Source: an uncultured Gemmatimonadales bacterium
GTDB lineage: Bacteria; Gemmatimonadota; Gemmatimonadetes; Gemmatimonadales; GWC2-71-9
Assembly: GCA_963771275.1 (NCBI GenBank)
Contig: CAVYSW010000003.1
Span: forward strand, 1,280,001 to 1,344,000
Direction: 5' to 3'
Length of the DNA: 64,000 nt
Numbering within the stretch: position 1 is the stretch's first letter; each line of letters opens with the position of its first letter. Below, piece by piece: positions 59,017 through 64,000 of this stretch. The notes below the pieces were generated by a model, which did not search any database, was not told the DNA's origin, and was given only the letters and a program-made list of their open reading frames with translations. A program made the position numbers and the translations under genes.

Positions 59017-60942
59017 TCAGGTGATCTGCCGCAGCAGGCCACCCAGCTCGGCGGCGGACTGCACGCGATCCTCCGGCCGCTTGGCGAGCAGCCGGATGAT
59101 CAACGCCGACAGCGCGGGCGGCATGTCGGGGGTCAGGGCGATCGGCGCTTCGGGCTCCTGGCTCAGCACCTTGGCGATGAGCGAGACCGGGGAGCCGCCG
59201 TCGAACGGCAGCCGACCGGTGAGGCACTCGTACAGCACCACGCCCACCGCGTAGAGGTCGCTCCGGCCGTCGACCGGCTCGGACAGCAGCTGCTCCGGCG
59301 ACATGTAGGCCGGCGTCCCCACCACGAGGCCCGTCTCGGTGAGCGCGCTGGCCCGCTCGGCGAGGCGCGCGATGCCGAAGTCCATCACCTTGAGCACGCC
59401 GTCGGCGTCGAGCAGGAGGTTCTGCGGCTTGATGTCGCGGTGGATGACGCCCTGCTCGTGCGCCACGGCGAGGGAATCGGCGAGCTGCGTGGCGATCGCG
59501 AGGGCGGAGGGCGCGTGCAACGGCCCGCGCACGTCGATCAGGTCGCGCACCATGATGCCCTCGACGTACTCCATCGTGAGGTAGTACACGCCGCGCCACT
59601 CGCCGAAGTCGTGGGTCCGCACCACGTTGCGGTGCGAGATCCGGCGGGCCAGGCGGATCTCGCTCTTGAACCGCTCGATCAGGCTCTGATCGGTCATCAG
59701 CTCGGGCCGCAGCGTCTTGATGGCGACCTCCTCGTCCAGCTCCCGGTCGTAGGCGCGGTAGACGGTGCCCATGCCGCCTTTGCCCACCGTGGTGCGGATG
59801 TCGTAGCGCTCGGCGAAGCGACGGCCGACCTCGAGCGCGCCGCCGTCCAGCACGACCGGCATTTCCCGGGAATTGCGCGCGATCCCGATGTCCTCGCGCA
59901 GGTCCCGCAGTCGCGCGCGGAGCCGCTCCTCGCGCGCGTGCACCTCCGCCGCCATGCCGTCGAACACGCGCGCCAGCCGCCCCAGCGCGTCGTCCCGGCG
60001 GGCCATGTCGCCCAGCGCGCCCGCCCGGTAGCTCCCCTGCTCGACGGCGGTCGCCGCCTCGATCACCCGCCCGACCTGGCGGATGTACTCGAGCTCCTGG
60101 TCGTGCAGCCGCTTCTTCTCGAGCGAGGCGTTGATCCGGGCGCGCAGCAGCACCGGGTCGAACGGCTTCGTGAGAAAGTCCTCCGCGCCCCGCTCAATGC
60201 AGCGCACGATGCTCGCCATGTCGTCGAGCGCGGAGATCACGATCACGGGGATGTCGCGCGTGGCCGGCGAGTCCTTGAGACGTCCCAGCACTTCGTAGCC
60301 GTCGAGCTCCGGCATCATGACGTCGAGCAGGATGAGGTCGAACGGCTGCGCCGCGAGCAGCGCGAGGGCGCGGCGGCCGTCCTCCGCGCTCTGCGTGCGG
60401 TACCCCTCGCGCTCCAGCCGGCGCCCGAGGACGTCCCGGTTGCCCTCGTCGTCGTCCACGACCAGGATCCGGGCCGGGCCGGTGGACGGACGGGCGTCGG
60501 CGGCGGCGCCCGCGGCGGGTGCGACGGGCGTCGGCTGGGGGCGCGCGGGCACGAGCCGCGCGGCGGCCTGGAGGATCTTCCGCAGGTCCTGGGCGTACGT
60601 GTCGCCGGCGTCGTGGTCCGCCGCGGCGAGCAGCGCTTCCACGGTCCCGGTGATGCGCTGCTGCGGGGCGGCGAGCGACGTGAACAGGGCATCCGCGACG
60701 TCGGCGCCGAGCGTCGCCTGGGTGGACGGCAGGGCGCGGTTAATCAGCGCCAGGACCTCGCGCGCGGCGGCCAGGGTTTCGCCGAGAGCGCGGCGCCGGT
60801 CGGCCGCCTCCGGGCCGGCGGCGTCTTCCAGCAGCATCTCGGTGTACCCCACGATGTGATTCACGGGCGTGCGCAGCTCGTGGCGCAGCTCGCCCGCGAG
60901 CACCGGGGTCAGCGGACCGCGGAACGTGGCGAAGTCGGTCAC
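59017..60942 (-). CDS. HisKA-like + receiver + HAMP-like + Ser/Thr kinase fusion
   Basis: LRHELRTPVNHIVGY; ILVVDD...LLDVMMP...LTKP; RRDDALGRLARVFDGMA; GKGGMG, HRDIKPQN, DFG, GTPAYMSPEQ. Confidence 0.88.
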   Translation of the reverse strand: MTDFATFRGPLTPVLAGELRHELRTPVNHIVGYTEMLLEDAAGPEAADRRRALGETLAAAREVLALINRALPSTQATLGADVADALFTSLAAPQQRITGTVEALLAAADHDAGDTYAQDLRKILQAAARLVPARPQPTPVAPAAGAAADARPSTGPARILVVDDDEGNRDVLGRRLEREGYRTQSAEDGRRALALLAAQPFDLILLDVMMPELDGYEVLGRLKDSPATRDIPVIVISALDDMASIVRCIERGAEDFLTKPFDPVLLRARINASLEKKRLHDQELEYIRQVGRVIEAATAVEQGSYRAGALGDMARRDDALGRLARVFDGMAAEVHAREERLRARLRDLREDIGIARNSREMPVVLDGGALEVGRRFAERYDIRTTVGKGGMGTVYRAYDRELDEEVAIKTLRPELMTDQSLIERFKSEIRLARRISHRNVVRTHDFGEWRGVYYLTMEYVEGIMVRDLIDVRGPLHAPSALAIATQLADSLAVAHEQGVIHRDIKPQNLLLDADGVLKVMDFGIARLAERASALTETGLVVGTPAYMSPEQLLSEPVDGRSDLYAVGVVLYECLTGRLPFDGGSPVSLIAKVLSQEPEAPIALTPDMPPALSALIIRLLAKRPEDRVQSAAELGGLLRQIT

Positions 60943-61310
60943 GCGTCGCGGGCCAGCAGCGTGTCGATCTTGGCCAGGAGGCGTGGCAGCTCGATCGGCT
61001 TGGTGTCGTAGTCGTCGCAGCCCGCGTCGATGGCCTTCTCGCGGTCCCCGGCCATGGCGTGGGCGGTGAGCGCGATGATCGGCACCCGCTGCGTCTCCGG
61101 CGCGTCGCGCAGCAGGCGCGTCGCCGCCCAGCCGTCGATCTCCGGCAGGCTCATGTCCATCAGGATGATGTCGTACGCGCCGGCCCGGGCCATCGCCACG
61201 CCCTCGCGGCCGTCCACCGCCATCGTCACGTCGTGGCCCTTGCGCTGCAGCCGCCGCGACAGCATGTCGCGGTTCATCTCGTTGTCCTCGACCAAGAGGA
61301 TCCTCGCCAT
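60939..61310 (-). CDS. Single-domain response regulator (DivK/CheY-like)
   Basis: ILLVEDNEMN, ILMDMSLPEIDG, IALTAHAMAGD, YDTKP. Confidence 0.93.
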   Translation of the reverse strand: MARILLVEDNEMNRDMLSRRLQRKGHDVTMAVDGREGVAMARAGAYDIILMDMSLPEIDGWAATRLLRDAPETQRVPIIALTAHAMAGDREKAIDAGCDDYDTKPIELPRLLAKIDTLLARDA

Positions 61311-61326
61311 CGTGCGCCTCCCGCGC

Positions 61327-63439
61327 TCAGCCCGTCGGGGATACGCGCGCCGGCAGGCGCACGGTGAAGCAGCATCCCTGGCCCGGCGTGCTCTCGACCT
61401 GCACGTCGCCCCCCATGAGGTTCGCGAACCGCTTGGTAATCGCCAGGCCGAGGCCGGTGCCTCCGTACTTGGCGGTGGTGGACGCCTCGGCCTGGGCGAA
61501 CGCCTCGAACAGCCGATCCATCTGCTCGGGAGTCATGCCGATGCCGGTGTCGCACACCGTGAACACGACGTGCACGGCGTCCCGCTCGACGGCGAGGGTG
61601 ATCGTGCCGCGCTCGGTGAACTTGCAGGCGTTGGACAGCAGATTGAGCAGAATCTGCCGCACCTTCGTGAGGTCCGCGTCCATGGTGCCCGGATCGGCGG
61701 GCCGCTCGACGTCGAGCCGGTTGGCCCGCTGCGCCACCAAGGGGCGGGCGGTCGTGACCACGTCGTCCAGCATCGGGCCGATCGCGAACGTCTCGACGTA
61801 GAGTTGCATCTTGCCCGCCTCGATCTTCGACAGGTCGAGGATGTCGTTGATCAGCGCCAGCAGGTGCCGGCCCGCCGTGTGGATCTTGGCGAGATCCTCG
61901 ATCAGCTGCGGCTGTCCCAGCTCGGCGACCTCCTCCTGGAGCATCTCGCTGTAGCCGATGATCGCGTTCAGCGGGGTGCGCAGCTCGTGGCTCATGCTGG
62001 CGAGGAACTGGCTCTTGGCGCTGTTGGCCGCCTCGGCGTCGCGCCGCGCGCGCAGCAGCTCCGTGATGTCGTGGTACAGGCCCATGAGGCCCACCCGCTC
62101 GCCGTCCACCATCACCGGCACGCCGAGCACCTCGACGTCCACCAGCGAGCCGTCCTTGCGCCGCCGCCGGCCGATGCCGTGCACCGCGCGGCCGAGCGCC
62201 TCGCGGGTGTAGCGCTCCGCCTCCTCGCGCGTCGCGTCGGTGGTGATCAGCTCGTCGAGGTTGCGGCCGACCGCGTCGGCCTGCGGGATAGCCGAACAGC
62301 CGCTCGAACGCCGGATTGCACTCGACCACGCGGTACTGCGGATTGAGCGTGACGATGGCCACGGGGCTGTTGCGCACCAGCTCGCCGAAGTACTGGCGCT
62401 GCCGCTGGGCCGCGGTGTAGAGCTGGGCGTTCTCGATCGCGATGGCCGCCTGCGGCGCGAACAGGTTGAGCAGGCGCAGGTCCTCCTGATCGAACACGCG
62501 GGCGGGGTCGGAGTGCACGGTGGCGATCGCGCCCACGAGGCGCCGGCCGATGAGCAGCGGCGCCGCCATCACCGAGTGCACCAGCACGTCGGCGTACTTG
62601 GCCGACTGGCCGAGCCACTCGTGGTATGACGGGATGATGAGCGGCTCCAGGGTCCGCGCCACCGTGCCCATCGCGCCCTCGCCGAGCCGGAGCCGCGTGC
62701 CGGTCGAGTCCTTGCCGATCCGCTCGCTCGCGACCACCACCAGCTCGCCGGTGTCCTCCTCGTAGATCGCGACCTCGCCGCCCGTCACGCCGAGCAGGGC
62801 CACCGCGCGCTCGATCACGGCCTGGAGCACGCGTGACAGCTCCAGCTCCGACGCCAGGTCGGCCATGGTGTCGAGCAGCGCCTTGTGCTCGTCGGCGCGC
62901 CGCCGCTCCTCGGCCAGCAGGCGCGCGCGCGCGACCGCGATGCCCGCCTGGTTGGCGGCGGCCTGGAGGATCTCGAAGTCCTCCTCGCCGAACGCGTTGG
63001 GCTCGGCGCTCTCCACCACGAGCACGCCGATCGTCTTCCCGTCCACCCGGAGCGGGACGTCCACTTCGGAGCCGCTCGCGAGGCTCGCGAGGTACTTCGA
63101 CTCGCGCCGCACGTCGGGGGTGTAGTGCAGCCGGCCGTCCTGCATCGCCTGGGCGCTCAGGCCTTCGCCGGGGTGCACCCGCATCGCAACCGGCGCGTCG
63201 GGCCAGCCGACGCTCGCCTGGAGCACGCGATCGCCCGTGGCGTCGTCGAGCAGGAACACGCCGAGGAAGTTGTAGCCGAGCGCTTCGTCGTGGAGCCCGG
63301 TGACCACGCTGCGGTACACCATGGCCTCGTCGTGGGCGGCCGCGATGCCGGTGCTGAGCCGGAGCAGGGCGGCCTGGCGCCGCGGGACGCTGCCGCCGAG
63401 CGAGCGCCGGCGCGCGCGAGCCTGCCCGCCCACGCCCAC
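61327..63439 (-). pseudogene. GAF-GAF-PAS sensor histidine kinase, frameshifted near 62280-62290 (possibly a sequence error)
   Basis: Two GAF domains and PAS start ([10 protein letters not shown]) in one frame; rest of [34 protein letters not shown] in another; GTG overlaps the upstream TAG. Confidence 0.8.
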
Positions 63440-64000
63440 TAGGCTCCGCGCCGCGCGCCGGCCCGCGCGGCCACGAGATCGCGGATCTCCGCCAGCAGCT
63501 CGTCCCCACCCTGGCCGCTCTTCCGCACGATGCGCTCCACGCCGCCGTTCAACCGCGTGAGGTCCTCGTCGGTCAGCTCCTTGGCCGTGAGCACGATCAC
63601 GGGGAGCCGCTTCAGATCGGCGCGGCGCCCCACCGTCTCGAGGAACTCGAACCCGTCCATCTCGGGCATCATCAGGTCGAGCAGCACGAGCTGCGGCCGG
63701 CGCTCGCCGAGGCGCGCGAGCGCGACCCGCCCGTTCTCCGCCTCGGCGACCGCCCAGCCGGCGCGCTCGAGCGTGCGGCGCAGCATGTCCCGCGTGGCCG
63801 GATCGTCCTCGACGATCAGCACGCCGTCGCCCTGCGCGCGCGCCGCGCACGCTTCGACCGCCGCGACCAGCCGCGCCCGGTCGACCGGCTTGGTGAGATA
63901 CTGCGAGGCCCCGAGCGCGAAGCCGAGCGTCTTCTCGTCGAGGATCGAGAGCATGATGACCGGGATGTCGGCGAGCGCCGCGTCGGCCTTGAGCGCCGAC
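63439..64000 (-). CDS. C-terminal tandem receiver domains of a probable hybrid histidine kinase (partial, runs off the window)
   Basis: End of one REC (YLTKPVD) followed by a full REC (VLIVEDD, LLDLMMP, VLTAK). Confidence 0.85.
   Translation of the reverse strand, partial: SALKADAALADIPVIMLSILDEKTLGFALGASQYLTKPVDRARLVAAVEACAARAQGDGVLIVEDDPATRDMLRRTLERAGWAVAEAENGRVALARLGERRPQLVLLDLMMPEMDGFEFLETVGRRADLKRLPVIVLTAKELTDEDLTRLNGGVERIVRKSGQGGDELLAEIRDLVAARAGARRGA

Overview
A very GC-rich bacterial chromosomal segment. The gene style suggests Gemmatimonadota (inference): four paralogous membrane Hanks kinases beginning ERELGxGGMATVYLA, a BlaI/M56-TonB pair and pilin-like domains. Left to right: mlaF/mlaD-like ABC genes, a frameshifted Tat-DUF362 gene flanked by heptamer repeats, rnz, tRNA-Ala(CGC) and tRNA-Gln(CTG). 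Next is a lower-GC accessory stretch bounded by a 26-bp copy of tRNA-Gln (DUF559 nuclease with a REP-like hairpin, a methyltransferase and a flavodoxin-fold reductase), then degenerate 21-bp repeats and an aldo/keto reductase. The middle holds three toxin-antitoxin modules (yefM-yoeB, vapBC, hipBA), UPF0182, a damaged blaI/blaR-TonB pair, an unexplained coupled operon ending in a membrane patatin/cPLA2-type phospholipase, several hydrolases, a MASE1-GGDEF cyclase, an interrupted EgtB/OvoA-like gene and an Rrf2-YceI unit with twin operators. The right part has ComEC-MBL/DUF3006/GIY-YIG genes, an octaheme cytochrome c lipoprotein, a porin/membrane/FMN-bind trio, and a two-component operon whose output appears to be a HisKA-REC-Ser/Thr kinase fusion. 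Several indels could be assembly errors. No CRISPR array, rRNA, integrase or transposase was seen. All family assignments come from motif recognition by eye; no database search was run.
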